From: Candidatus Poseidoniaceae archaeon
GTDB lineage: Archaea > Thermoplasmatota > Poseidoniia > Poseidoniales > Poseidoniaceae
Assembly (NCBI GenBank): GCA_028353405.1
Contig: JAOMOG010000004.1
Span: forward strand, 8,722-72,721
DNA: 64,000 nucleotides
Reading direction: 5' to 3'
Part shown: positions 19,059 through 28,632 of the stretch, in pieces
How positions within the stretch are numbered: the first letter of the stretch is position 1
Layout of the letters: each line of letters opens with the position of its first letter
Made by a program: the position numbers and the translations under genes
The notes under the pieces: model-generated
The model's database searches: none
Told to the model about the DNA's origin: nothing
What the model saw: the letters and a program-made list of their open reading frames with translations, nothing else

Positions 19059-20807
19059 TTAATCTGCATGAATATCAGCAACATCTAACCAAATGACATC
19101 ACACTTGGCTTTGATGAGGGAAGAAATACTCGGCTGAGTTCTCCCACTATCACCATGGATAGTTTCTTTAACATAAGTACCAGATTCACATCGAAGGGTG
19201 AATTCAATTTCTCTTTCCCCTTTTTCATTAGTTTCAATCACCAAACTATTGGTTTCGTAAACCACTCTTCTACGAATTAAATCAGCCCGTCTATGAGCAA
19301 CGCGTTCTGGAGTCCTTTGTGCCAATTTTACACCCGCTAAATTATCAACAATATTGCGAATAAATTCATCGGTTGGAAGTTCAAAGTATTCCGGTGCAGG
19401 TGGTCCCGCTTGCATAATCCGTTCGACTAAGTCTGCTTTAGTACCTGTTTTTGAGATGCTTAATGAAGTTGCTAATTCAACTAGTTCACCTTTCTTCATA
19501 GTTAGTAATTCATCTTCACTTGGTGCAGTCTTTTCAATTTCAATAACCGATGGTAATGGTTTGGTGTGGTCATCATCTTTGTCGCCACGACGGTTCTTTC
19601 TGCGTTTGTTTTTCTTACCCTTTCCTCTCTCTTGAACATCTATATGCGTAAGGTCAACAGGAGCGGTTAAAACTGCAAATTCATCTTCACTCAACGGTAC
19701 TAACTTGAAGCGAATTGAATATGATTTCTCAGCAGGAGTTTCCTTGATTCGCACAACTTCGCTGCGATTGCTCTCTCGCATGCTAGTAATTATTACAGAA
19801 CCTTGAGCAGCTTCATTGAGATCAGCCATTGCCTGAACTAAATCGATGGTACGAGTTCTTGGCGCCTTAAATTCAATGACAAACGGACGTCCACTTCCCA
19901 TACAACGCACATCAATATCTTCTCTCCCCATACCATGGAATGAATGTTCAATAGCACCAAACCTTTCGATTAAAGGATTGCCAATTAAATCTTGAACACT
20001 CTTCAAATATTGTAATCCAGTTTCATTACAACGCTTGCAACCTCTTCCTTTACAAGCACGGCAAGGCCAGCGAGTTTGAGGAATTCCCCTCTCCAGTTTT
20101 TGGTATCTTCCATAGATGTAAACAGAACGGATATCCAATTCAACGGTCAAGGTTAGTACGTCAATGAGTGCAACAATTTGTGGCTTGTCATTAACAATTT
20201 TTACACCCTCAAGTCGGTTGCTTAGATTCTTAGCAATCTCTGCTACCAAACCTGGTTTCAAAGCGTCGCTACCACCAGCGCCGAAGCGCTTCCGAATCTC
20301 TTCTTCGTTTTCGATTTGGTCTTTTGGAAAGCGAGCACCTAATTGCACTCTTTTCAATTCATATGGTTCGAGAGAATCATAAATTATATCTGCTAATAGT
20401 TCTGATTCTTGGTATAAGTTTTCACAGAATGGACATAATGGATTATCTTCTCTAATTTTCTCTAAGTGTGTGTCGCCTCGTATTATTGAGGTACGAATGT
20501 TCTCTCCTGCTTGTTGGATTGTTTGGTCAAACATTTTCTTTCCACCAATTCTTCCTAGGCAGTGGTCACAGGTTCCAATGCGGACCAAGTGCTTGTGACC
20601 TGCAGGTGATGGTGCGCGTGGGATTTCCTCAACATGAGTGGTAAGTTGAGCATCATCTTCCATGTCTCCATCATCAATAGGCTCAGCAATACTTTCAGTA
20701 GTTGCTTCTCCATCATCCCATAGAGAATAATCGGTTTGCCCGAAACCAGCATTGGCGTATTTCATCCAATCTTCTTCATCAGGGTCCTCTTGTTCTTTAT
20801 CAGACAT
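19059..20807 (-). CDS. pus10: tRNA pseudouridine(54/55) synthase Pus10 with SAP-like insertion
   Basis: PQTRWPC, FHGMGREDIDVRC, GRPFV, QRTPERV, SGTYVKE. Confidence 0.95.
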   Translation of the reverse strand: MSDKEQEDPDEEDWMKYANAGFGQTDYSLWDDGEATTESIAEPIDDGDMEDDAQLTTHVEEIPRAPSPAGHKHLVRIGTCDHCLGRIGGKKMFDQTIQQAGENIRTSIIRGDTHLEKIREDNPLCPFCENLYQESELLADIIYDSLEPYELKRVQLGARFPKDQIENEEEIRKRFGAGGSDALKPGLVAEIAKNLSNRLEGVKIVNDKPQIVALIDVLTLTVELDIRSVYIYGRYQKLERGIPQTRWPCRACKGRGCKRCNETGLQYLKSVQDLIGNPLIERFGAIEHSFHGMGREDIDVRCMGSGRPFVIEFKAPRTRTIDLVQAMADLNEAAQGSVIITSMRESNRSEVVRIKETPAEKSYSIRFKLVPLSEDEFAVLTAPVDLTHIDVQERGKGKKNKRRKNRRGDKDDDHTKPLPSVIEIEKTAPSEDELLTMKKGELVELATSLSISKTGTKADLVERIMQAGPPAPEYFELPTDEFIRNIVDNLAGVKLAQRTPERVAHRRADLIRRRVVYETNSLVIETNEKGEREIEFTLRCESGTYVKETIHGDSGRTQPSISSLIKAKCDVIWLDVADIHAD

Positions 20808-20905
20808 TTCAATCACCACTTTCACGGGGCCAACCCCAAAGACAGCAAGTTAAGCCGGACGCCTACCCTTCATCAAATGTGTGGCTCAATAAAACCAACA
20901 GTTGT

Positions 20906-23900
20906 TTATTCTGATTCGCTAAAATTAGCCTGACGGCCAGCGATTAAGCCAAGAGCAGCAGTAGTTAGAACTAGGCTTGCGATTAATGAGAGGGCGATCA
21001 TCGCGGCAGAATATATTCCAAAGTTACTAAACAAGCCCATTGGTGATAGTGAGATTACGAGGAATCCAGCAATATCTGAAGCTGCACTCCCTACCAATGC
21101 CAATCCACAAGCACCACCTACTCCAATTAATGCAGTATGGTGGTCTTCTCCCTTTCTTATTCCTTCGCGATACCTTTCAGTGACGTGAATACAATAATCA
21201 ATACCAACTCCTAAAGAAATCGTTGCAATAGTTACAGTTACGATATTGAGTGATGCTCCAGCAGCATACATTAGCCCATATAACCACACCACCACAAGAA
21301 GAATTGGAACCAATGTTACAGTTGCTTGCTTAGGTGATTTAAAACCAATTGTTAAGGTAATAAATACGAATAATGAGCCGAGTAGGAGTGAAGATTGCAT
21401 TTCATTTTGCATTGCAGTTGAAGCAACGTATCTTGTGACAGGTCTTTCCGATGGCATTACCCAAGTCAGTGGTTTATCATCGACCTTTTCACCAGCATTG
21501 AGATAAGTTCCCGAAGAAAGATTAGTAAACACACTCAAATCTCTCCACAACTCCTCCATTCCACCTTTCATACTAGGGAAATCTTCTGGAGATGTAATGC
21601 CAAAGCGCATTAGCATTCTTTGGTATTCTGCAGGTTCCCCATTGATGTCAAGCCAAGGATGAGTTTGATTTAATTCAACAGCAGGAGCGATATATAGGCT
21701 TACAATTGATGCAGGGATTGAAGGAATAGGTCCAGCCCCTGGAATACCGTATAGGTAAGTATAGCCATAGAAAAATATCAAACAATCTCTATCACCAAAG
21801 TCTGCAACAGTACCACTTGCACTTGAATTACAATTCATTCCATGACCTTCTTCTTCAACCAGCCATCCCACATTTTCAAATGGAGTTGTATTATATCGCA
21901 TACTCGCTTGTGCATAGTATAGTAATTCATCTAGTGCAAGAATGTCAATATTACCATCTGGTTGTCTTGTTATTTTGTCTGGAACGCCTTCTGCATGAAC
22001 ATTCATTTCACCTCTAAATTCATCTATTGCAGCAAAAACAGCAGGGTCTGCAACATCGCCTTCGATCAACAATACGGCAGGTTCGCCTTCATCCGCGAAT
22101 CTTAAGGTAATTTCATTGACTCCAAGAGCAAAATCGGAACTCTCATCAAGGAAATCTTCAACCGCAAAATCGCCTTCTAAATTAGCCATTCCAATAGCGG
22201 CAGGAATCGTTATCAACAGTGCCAAAAATGCAATAACAAATGCATTTTTTCTAGTTCCACTACCCGCTGAAACTATTTTTAAAAGTTTTTCAGTAGACCG
22301 ATTCTTTCGAGAATTAGCAGTACTTGTGTCCATTCCACGCTTCTCCAACCATTGATCTAAGGAAAGTCGAATCAATGGCGCCCATATTCCAGTCAAAAGG
22401 AATGCAGCAAATATTCCTAATGCAGCTTCAATTCCAAATGATCGTAATGCAGCAATATCGCTGAAAAGATTAGCCGCAAAAGCAGACATTGTCGTCAGTG
22501 AAGTTAGTAAGATTGCGCGACCAACTCTTGACAAAGTAGTCGCCGCGGCAGATTCAGCAGAATTACCAGCATTCCTCTCCTCTTTGTAACGATGTAAGGC
22601 GTGTAATGAATCATCAATACCTAAGGCAAGAACCAATATCGGCAATAGATTAGAGAATTGAGAACGAGCGATTATTGTCCAACCAAACATCTGCGTAAAT
22701 GCAGCAAAGTGTCCAATTAAACCTTGCATCCACAATAGCGCAGCACCTAAGGAAAACAAGACGATTAGCACATCAGACCATCTTCGCAAACTTATGAATA
22801 GCAATCCTGTAATCGCCAACCCCATCAAGAGAATCAATCCCCCACTCGCTTGCAATTCTCGGTTAACCTCGACATTTACTCCTTGGCCTAATAATAGTGT
22901 AATAGTAGTTCTATCATGACTTCTTAATTGCCCTTCTAAATCCATATAAGACCATTCAGTTGAACAGCCAGCACCGTCTTCAGCCAGTGTTTTACAAATG
23001 TCAGTATTGTATTGCGGAGGGTTAAGAACGAGAGTTCCATCTGCAATCCTATAGCCACCGATTAAAATTCCATCATCGGTGAATTTGATATCAGTTTCTT
23101 GATGTGAATCTTTCCATTTCAATTCCCAACCCATATCTTCTAGAAGGCCTCTATCAAATTGAACCAATAACCATGTGGCGCTTGCAGACCATCTTCCCTT
23201 GCCCATTTGATGCGATTCCCATTCACCGGTTTCGGATAATTGACCGCCGATAGGACCGGTGACATTGGATGTTGCATCAGCAACAAATCCCCTATCTAAT
23301 GACAACCATCTCAAAAAGTAATTTTGACTTACTTCTGCCATTCTTGCTGCAGCTAAATCTATGTGCTCCTGAGTTAGGTTTAGGTCATCAAATAAGAGAC
23401 ACTCTAGCTCACCACAATCACTCCAATTAGTGGCTGCGGGAATCACAGTTCCAAAAGGTGAAAGCGCATCTTGAGTAAGAATCGAAGTGCCATCCATAAA
23501 ACTTCTAAAATGGTCTGGTAATGACATACTGCCATTGGTTTGCTGTCCGGTTACGTCACTGATTAATGGCTTTAGTGCAGGTGCTAGAGGATGATTCACA
23601 ATCACTTGCTTTTTTGCATCAATTTCCCTCAACAGTTCCAGATTTAGAATACCAGCAGTTGGTTGATCTATACCTTGCCATTCTTCACCAGCAGGAACCA
23701 TTTGAGGTACTGGTGGCAGAGCCGAATAATCAGGTGTCCCATCTGATAGCAAAGGAACTGGTTGCCATTCGTTTATTGGTGGAATATACTGAGGCTGTCT
23801 TGCAGAAACTAAGAAGCCAAGAATTACTTCAGCATTGCTGAATTCTTCATTGATAATCTCCTGCGCAGTTAATTCAGGTGAATCCATTTCATACGATTCC

Positions 23901-24028
23901 ATGTCTATTGGTTGCAGTGCAGTCATTGCTCCTGGAATCATCAATAGCGTCAGCAGAAATACCGAGACGTGGACCTTACGACGATGTGGGATCAGCCATT
24001 GAGAAACCGCTTCAAAGTTGATGCCCAT
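20906..24028 (-). CDS. MMPL/RND family transporter
   Basis: Two TM blocks with LGIDDSLH and GVGIDYCIH motifs; large extracellular loops. Confidence 0.9.
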   Translation of the reverse strand: MGINFEAVSQWLIPHRRKVHVSVFLLTLLMIPGAMTALQPIDMESYEMDSPELTAQEIINEEFSNAEVILGFLVSARQPQYIPPINEWQPVPLLSDGTPDYSALPPVPQMVPAGEEWQGIDQPTAGILNLELLREIDAKKQVIVNHPLAPALKPLISDVTGQQTNGSMSLPDHFRSFMDGTSILTQDALSPFGTVIPAATNWSDCGELECLLFDDLNLTQEHIDLAAARMAEVSQNYFLRWLSLDRGFVADATSNVTGPIGGQLSETGEWESHQMGKGRWSASATWLLVQFDRGLLEDMGWELKWKDSHQETDIKFTDDGILIGGYRIADGTLVLNPPQYNTDICKTLAEDGAGCSTEWSYMDLEGQLRSHDRTTITLLLGQGVNVEVNRELQASGGLILLMGLAITGLLFISLRRWSDVLIVLFSLGAALLWMQGLIGHFAAFTQMFGWTIIARSQFSNLLPILVLALGIDDSLHALHRYKEERNAGNSAESAAATTLSRVGRAILLTSLTTMSAFAANLFSDIAALRSFGIEAALGIFAAFLLTGIWAPLIRLSLDQWLEKRGMDTSTANSRKNRSTEKLLKIVSAGSGTRKNAFVIAFLALLITIPAAIGMANLEGDFAVEDFLDESSDFALGVNEITLRFADEGEPAVLLIEGDVADPAVFAAIDEFRGEMNVHAEGVPDKITRQPDGNIDILALDELLYYAQASMRYNTTPFENVGWLVEEEGHGMNCNSSASGTVADFGDRDCLIFFYGYTYLYGIPGAGPIPSIPASIVSLYIAPAVELNQTHPWLDINGEPAEYQRMLMRFGITSPEDFPSMKGGMEELWRDLSVFTNLSSGTYLNAGEKVDDKPLTWVMPSERPVTRYVASTAMQNEMQSSLLLGSLFVFITLTIGFKSPKQATVTLVPILLVVVWLYGLMYAAGASLNIVTVTIATISLGVGIDYCIHVTERYREGIRKGEDHHTALIGVGGACGLALVGSAASDIAGFLVISLSPMGLFSNFGIYSAAMIALSLIASLVLTTAALGLIAGRQANFSESE

Positions 24029-24121
24029 GCCCTATGGGCAACCTCCTTTAGTTTTGAAACCATGTTTTTACATAATTGATTATACCAGTCAATTAAAGTC
24101 ATATGTTGTATAGCCAATAAC

Positions 24122-24475
24122 ATGGCAATAATGATAATTCTCAATCACCAACCATATGACGGAACCGATGTTACTTGGAATGCGCTGAGATTAGCGAAAC
24201 AATTAGTTGATGATGGTGAAGAGGTTAGGATCTTTTTGATGAATGATAGTGTAGATTTAGCACGCGATGGAATAGAGCCTCCAGCAGGTGTTGAGGATAT
24301 GGTGCAAATGACAAAGAATTTGATTGCTAGTGGTGTAGTTGTCAAGGTCTGCGGAACTTGTCAGCAAAGATGTGGTATTGCTGTTGGACAGCCATATTAT
24401 GATGGAGCCAATTACTCGACTATGGCTGAATGTTCAGCATGGGTTAGAGATAGCGAAAAGGTTCTAACTTTCTAA
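24122..24475 (+). CDS. DsrE/YchN family protein
   Basis: WNALRLA, FLMNDSV, VCGTCQQRCG. Confidence 0.85.
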   Translation: MAIMIILNHQPYDGTDVTWNALRLAKQLVDDGEEVRIFLMNDSVDLARDGIEPPAGVEDMVQMTKNLIASGVVVKVCGTCQQRCGIAVGQPYYDGANYSTMAECSAWVRDSEKVLTF

Positions 24476-24550
24476 GCAAGGGATAATTATTACAATGTTT
24501 GACTCATATTCTGGGCCAATGTCAAGTACTAGGGGCATTGGAAACAGTAC

Positions 24551-25624
24551 ATGGAAATTACACTGAATGGCGAAATTATTCGACCTCCACCACTTGCTTT
24601 TTTTGCATTCGGATTTATTGTGTTCTTGCTTGGCTGTATTTGGCCAGTATTTATGGTGGACGATTTCCAAAATGAGTTGGAAGCCTCATCTTGGCCAACG
24701 ACCGATGCTACTGTTGTATCTCTAGATGTTTACATCTATGAATACCAGTGTGGCGACTCTCAAAATCCTGACACATGCCGAGAATATCTCGTAGACTACC
24801 ATCTGCGATACATGATTAATGGAACCATCTTTAATGTTGAGGAATCAGAGGAGGTATCTCATTTTGAATCCCGTGTCTGGGAGGTTGATTACCCAGTAAA
24901 TTCGACTCGTGAAATCGCATACAATCCCGAAAACCCTGAACATTTTGATGTTAATCCCGAACATTACACTCCATTTATTCCACCACTTATGGTGCTCATA
25001 GTATCTTCACTGCTCTCTCTACTATTCATTATCGGTGGCGTAAAAAGCCTCTTCAAGACTTCTAGTGCGCACCAAACATCAAGTGGTCTAGAAAAGGGAA
25101 TGCTTCCACAATCAAATGAGAATATTACATTCACCTATGCCAAAGGTGCCTGGGGGGTTCGTATCTATGATCATCCAACCGTCGAAGCATTAGCCCAAAA
25201 ACTACTATCATTCAGTTGTACATATGAGCAAATTGATACGTTTTTTACGGCATCTCAAGCAACTGAAGAGAATGGTTCCACATACGAGGATAGAATTGAT
25301 TTAGATTGGTTGAACGAAGTCAACCAAATCGTTGAACAGCACAATTCGATCCAAAAATATAATTGGATACAAAAAGCAAAAATCGCTCGAATTATTTTGC
25401 TTCTAATCTCAGCAATATTTGCACCGATTGCTCTTATTTTCGTATTGCCGGTTTGGTTAACATATTACGTATTACCTTGGTATGGATGGATTCCGGTATG
25501 GGGGACTTTAACCCCGCTTGGTCTCGTTTCTGCCAGCAGAAAATTGATTAGTGAATTTGAACAAAGAATCGACCAAGGACTAGCGGCAACACTCATGGAG
25601 TTCCTTTACAATGAGGAATACTAA
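24551..25624 (+). CDS. DUF3592-like membrane protein
   Basis: ASSWPTTDATV...Y-x-Y-x-INGT...IAYNPENP flanked by TMs. Confidence 0.6.
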   Translation: MEITLNGEIIRPPPLAFFAFGFIVFLLGCIWPVFMVDDFQNELEASSWPTTDATVVSLDVYIYEYQCGDSQNPDTCREYLVDYHLRYMINGTIFNVEESEEVSHFESRVWEVDYPVNSTREIAYNPENPEHFDVNPEHYTPFIPPLMVLIVSSLLSLLFIIGGVKSLFKTSSAHQTSSGLEKGMLPQSNENITFTYAKGAWGVRIYDHPTVEALAQKLLSFSCTYEQIDTFFTASQATEENGSTYEDRIDLDWLNEVNQIVEQHNSIQKYNWIQKAKIARIILLLISAIFAPIALIFVLPVWLTYYVLPWYGWIPVWGTLTPLGLVSASRKLISEFEQRIDQGLAATLMEFLYNEEY

Positions 25625-25640
25625 ACAAGTGACATTAGAA

Positions 25641-25724
25641 TGCGGGGGGCAGGATTCGAACCTGCGAATCAATAAGAAATGGGACCTAAACCCACCGCCG
25701 TTGACCAAGCTGGGCGACCCCCGC
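25641..25724 (-). tRNA. tRNA-Leu(TAG), no encoded CCA
   Basis: GCGGGGG acceptor stem, anticodon arm GTGGG-TTTAGGT-CCCAT, long variable arm, GGTTCGAATCC T-loop. Confidence 0.95.
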
Positions 25725-25798
25725 GCAAACTCAATGCGGTAGCCAATCACTTTTGAACAAAGCGCTTCAACATCTATCACTAATTTATCTAGTAAAAT

Positions 25799-26011
25799 TC
25801 AAGCAGAAGCATTGAATCCAGTATCGATGACAATGTTGACAACATCTTCAGTGGATAATTGCGATGTTGTGGTAATGACTCCCGAGTCATTTTCATGGCT
25901 GATAGTTGCACTGATTACTCCAGGCGTTGCATCAAGGACTCGAGTCACTCTTCCAGAGCATCCTCCGCAAGTCATGCCGGTGATTGTTAAATTGTGAATT
26001 ACTTCGCTCAT
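25799..26011 (-). CDS. copZ: Copper chaperone (HMA domain)
   Basis: GMTCGGC; next to copA. Confidence 0.9.
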   Translation of the reverse strand: MSEVIHNLTITGMTCGGCSGRVTRVLDATPGVISATISHENDSGVITTTSQLSTEDVVNIVIDTGFNASA

Positions 26012-26058
26012 GTGTTAGGTCACACACCTTCTACACTTCAACTAAATGGCCAACCAAT

Positions 26059-28341
26059 TCAATTCTGTATAGGCTTCCACCATTTGAGGAGAAGTGAATT
26101 TGAGACCACACTGACCGATGACATAGACATCGCAGCTGCAGCAAAGGCAGGTGGAAGCAACCAACCAGTCCAAGGTAGGAGTAGGCCCATTGCAAGAGGG
26201 ATTCCAATCACGTTATATCCAAATGCCCAAAATAGATTTGTTCTAATTCGTGACATGGTTGCTTTACCTAGTTGTAAGGCGGACACAGCATCGATTAAAT
26301 CATCGCGAATTAATACGATATCAGCACTTTCAAGAGCAATTTGTGAACCAGCACCCATGGCAAGTCCAACATCTGCAACAGTAAGTGCAGCAGCATCATT
26401 GATGCCATCACCTATCATTGCAACGGTCTTGCCTTGGCTTTGCAACCGCTTGATATGATCTGCTTTTTCAGCAGGCTTTACACCAGCAATAACTTGGTCT
26501 ATGGCAACAGTATTTGCAATACTTTGTGCAGCTTCAAGTCTATCACCTGTTAGCATAATTACTTCCATTCCCATTTGTTTTGCTTTCTTTACAGCCATAG
26601 CCGAGGTGGAACGAACTCTATCTCTTGCTTCTATCCAGCCCAGTAGCCGAGTTCCAACACTGACCAGTACAATGGTCACACCCTTTGCTGCGGCTGAGGC
26701 CAACTTTTTGCTTAATTGATCATCGATTTCAATTCCAACATCTTGCATCATTGAAACATTACCAATCGCGACTAATTCACCTTGCATATCTCCTAATAAG
26801 CCACAACCAGCAACGGTTTGAATGTCAGAAATAGTAGGTTTATCAGAAGTGACATTAGACCAGGATGTTTGAATCGCTTGTGATAATGGATGTGTAGATT
26901 CACTTTCTAAAGCGGCAGCGATAGAAAGAATTTCTTTGACATCCGTATCTAATAATTCAATATGAGATACACGAGGTTTTCCAGAAGTTATCGTTCCGGT
27001 TTTATCAACCACCATAGTATCAATTTTATGCGACTTTTCTAAGGCTTCAATTCCCTTGATTAACAAACCATACCTTGCACCTACGCCAGTACCGATTACC
27101 AACGCGGTTGGTGTTGCTAACCCTAGGGCGCAAGGACAGGCAATAACTAGAGTGGAAACTAGTACCATCACTGCTAATTCAGCCGAAGTCATAGAAAATT
27201 GAGCAGCGGTGGAATCTCCAAATTGCCACCAATATAGAGAGGCTACAATGGCTAATACTGTTACTACGGGTACGAATACAGCTGCAATCCGATCAACTAA
27301 TCTCTGAATTGGTGCCTTACCCATTTGAGCATCTTCCACTAATTGGATGACATTAGCCAACATGGTATCAGTCGACAAAGCAGTAACGCGCAGAATGATA
27401 GTACCATCTAAGACAATAGTTCCGGCATTAGCGATATCACCAGACCCTTTTCTCACTGGATATGGCTCACCGCTCATCATTGATTCATCTATACTGGCTT
27501 TGCATTCAATCAATTCCCCATCCAATGGAATTGTTTCTCCAGCCAAGATTTTGATTAGAGTTCCTTTAGAGATTTGATCTACATCTACCACTTCTGTATG
27601 ACCTAATTTTTCATCACTAATCACCCGCGCTTGCTTTGGTTGCAAGCGCATTAAAGAATGAATGGCATCGGTCGCTCTAAGTTTTGCTCGAGCTTCAATA
27701 TAATTTCCAAGTAAAACAAATGTGATAATAAATGCTGCACCATCAAAGAATACGTGTTCGGCTTGTAGTAGAAGATTTGGGGCACTATTTATCATCGGAG
27801 CAATAGTAACTGCACCTGACCAAATTACTGCTACAGTAGTTCCTAAATGAACTAAGACATCCATGTTAGCACTGCCTTTCCGCAATGCTTTCCAAGCTCC
27901 TGAATGAAACTCCCATCCTGACCACAAATAGACGGGCAAGATGCTTATCATCGCTAGCAATAAGCGTTTATCTATCTCACCGATTTCACCGAGGTCAGGG
28001 GATAACATCGTCAAGATAAAAATCGGAATTGTTAGTGCGAAAGCAACTACAACTTTCTTTCCTTGAAGTCTTGCATCTTCTATAGCGTCATCACGAACTT
28101 GTAATGCAGGAACCAGGGCACTCGCAGTAAAACCACCACGCTCAATAGCAGCAATAGTGGCAGATTTCAAATCATCAAGTTGGCTAGAATCTTTAGCGAC
28201 AATAGTTGCCTTTTCTAATGGTAAATTGACAGAAACCTGAACAACACCTTCGACTTTAGAGACCACATTTTCAACCGAAGCAACACACGCACCACAAGTC
28301 ATCCCACCCACTCTTAGGGTGATGGAATTAGCAGCAGTCAT
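26059..28341 (-). CDS. copA: Cu(I)-translocating P1B-type ATPase
   Basis: GMTCGAC, CPCALGLATP, DKTGT, HP, GDGINDA, YN and MSMSS. Confidence 0.96.
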   Translation of the reverse strand: MTAANSITLRVGGMTCGACVASVENVVSKVEGVVQVSVNLPLEKATIVAKDSSQLDDLKSATIAAIERGGFTASALVPALQVRDDAIEDARLQGKKVVVAFALTIPIFILTMLSPDLGEIGEIDKRLLLAMISILPVYLWSGWEFHSGAWKALRKGSANMDVLVHLGTTVAVIWSGAVTIAPMINSAPNLLLQAEHVFFDGAAFIITFVLLGNYIEARAKLRATDAIHSLMRLQPKQARVISDEKLGHTEVVDVDQISKGTLIKILAGETIPLDGELIECKASIDESMMSGEPYPVRKGSGDIANAGTIVLDGTIILRVTALSTDTMLANVIQLVEDAQMGKAPIQRLVDRIAAVFVPVVTVLAIVASLYWWQFGDSTAAQFSMTSAELAVMVLVSTLVIACPCALGLATPTALVIGTGVGARYGLLIKGIEALEKSHKIDTMVVDKTGTITSGKPRVSHIELLDTDVKEILSIAAALESESTHPLSQAIQTSWSNVTSDKPTISDIQTVAGCGLLGDMQGELVAIGNVSMMQDVGIEIDDQLSKKLASAAAKGVTIVLVSVGTRLLGWIEARDRVRSTSAMAVKKAKQMGMEVIMLTGDRLEAAQSIANTVAIDQVIAGVKPAEKADHIKRLQSQGKTVAMIGDGINDAAALTVADVGLAMGAGSQIALESADIVLIRDDLIDAVSALQLGKATMSRIRTNLFWAFGYNVIGIPLAMGLLLPWTGWLLPPAFAAAAMSMSSVSVVSNSLLLKWWKPIQN

Positions 28342-28564
28342 TTTGCCCATCTCCATTTTGAGATTCAGGGTCAGTTTCATCCGGTTGACATTTATCAGAA
28401 CTACAACCGATCATTGACCATTCACCCTCATCAAAACAAATACAACCACAACCGCAAGTGCACATCCATCCGACACCATCCCATCCTTTGCCGCCTTCTG
28501 CCCGTGTGTAGAGGCGTTTCATCTTGCAATCACAAGCACATAGGTTAGCCTTCACTCTCGCCAT
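28328..28564 (-). CDS. Small Cys-rich metallothionein-like protein
   Basis: 12 Cys in 78 aa (CACDC, CTCGCGCIC, terminal CC); stop overlaps the copA start; TATA box at leaderless spacing. Confidence 0.65.
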   Translation of the reverse strand: MARVKANLCACDCKMKRLYTRAEGGKGWDGVGWMCTCGCGCICFDEGEWSMIGCSSDKCQPDETDPESQNGDGQNDCC

Positions 28565-28573
28565 GGCTTTAGG

Positions 28574-28615
28574 TTATTGTAGTCATTAATAAATGTGCGT
28601 TATTGACTACAATAA
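28574..28615. promoter_or_regulatory. 12-bp inverted repeat flanking the cop operon TATA box (putative operator)
   Basis: TTATTGTAGTCA-N18-TGACTACAATAA; minus-strand TTTATTAA at 28586-28593. Confidence 0.6.
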
Positions 28616-28632
28616 TTATTATTGTATTAACT

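Noticed and set aside
24122..25724. Possible island integrated at tRNA-Leu
   Set aside because: No integrase and no duplicated tRNA 3' end found in the window
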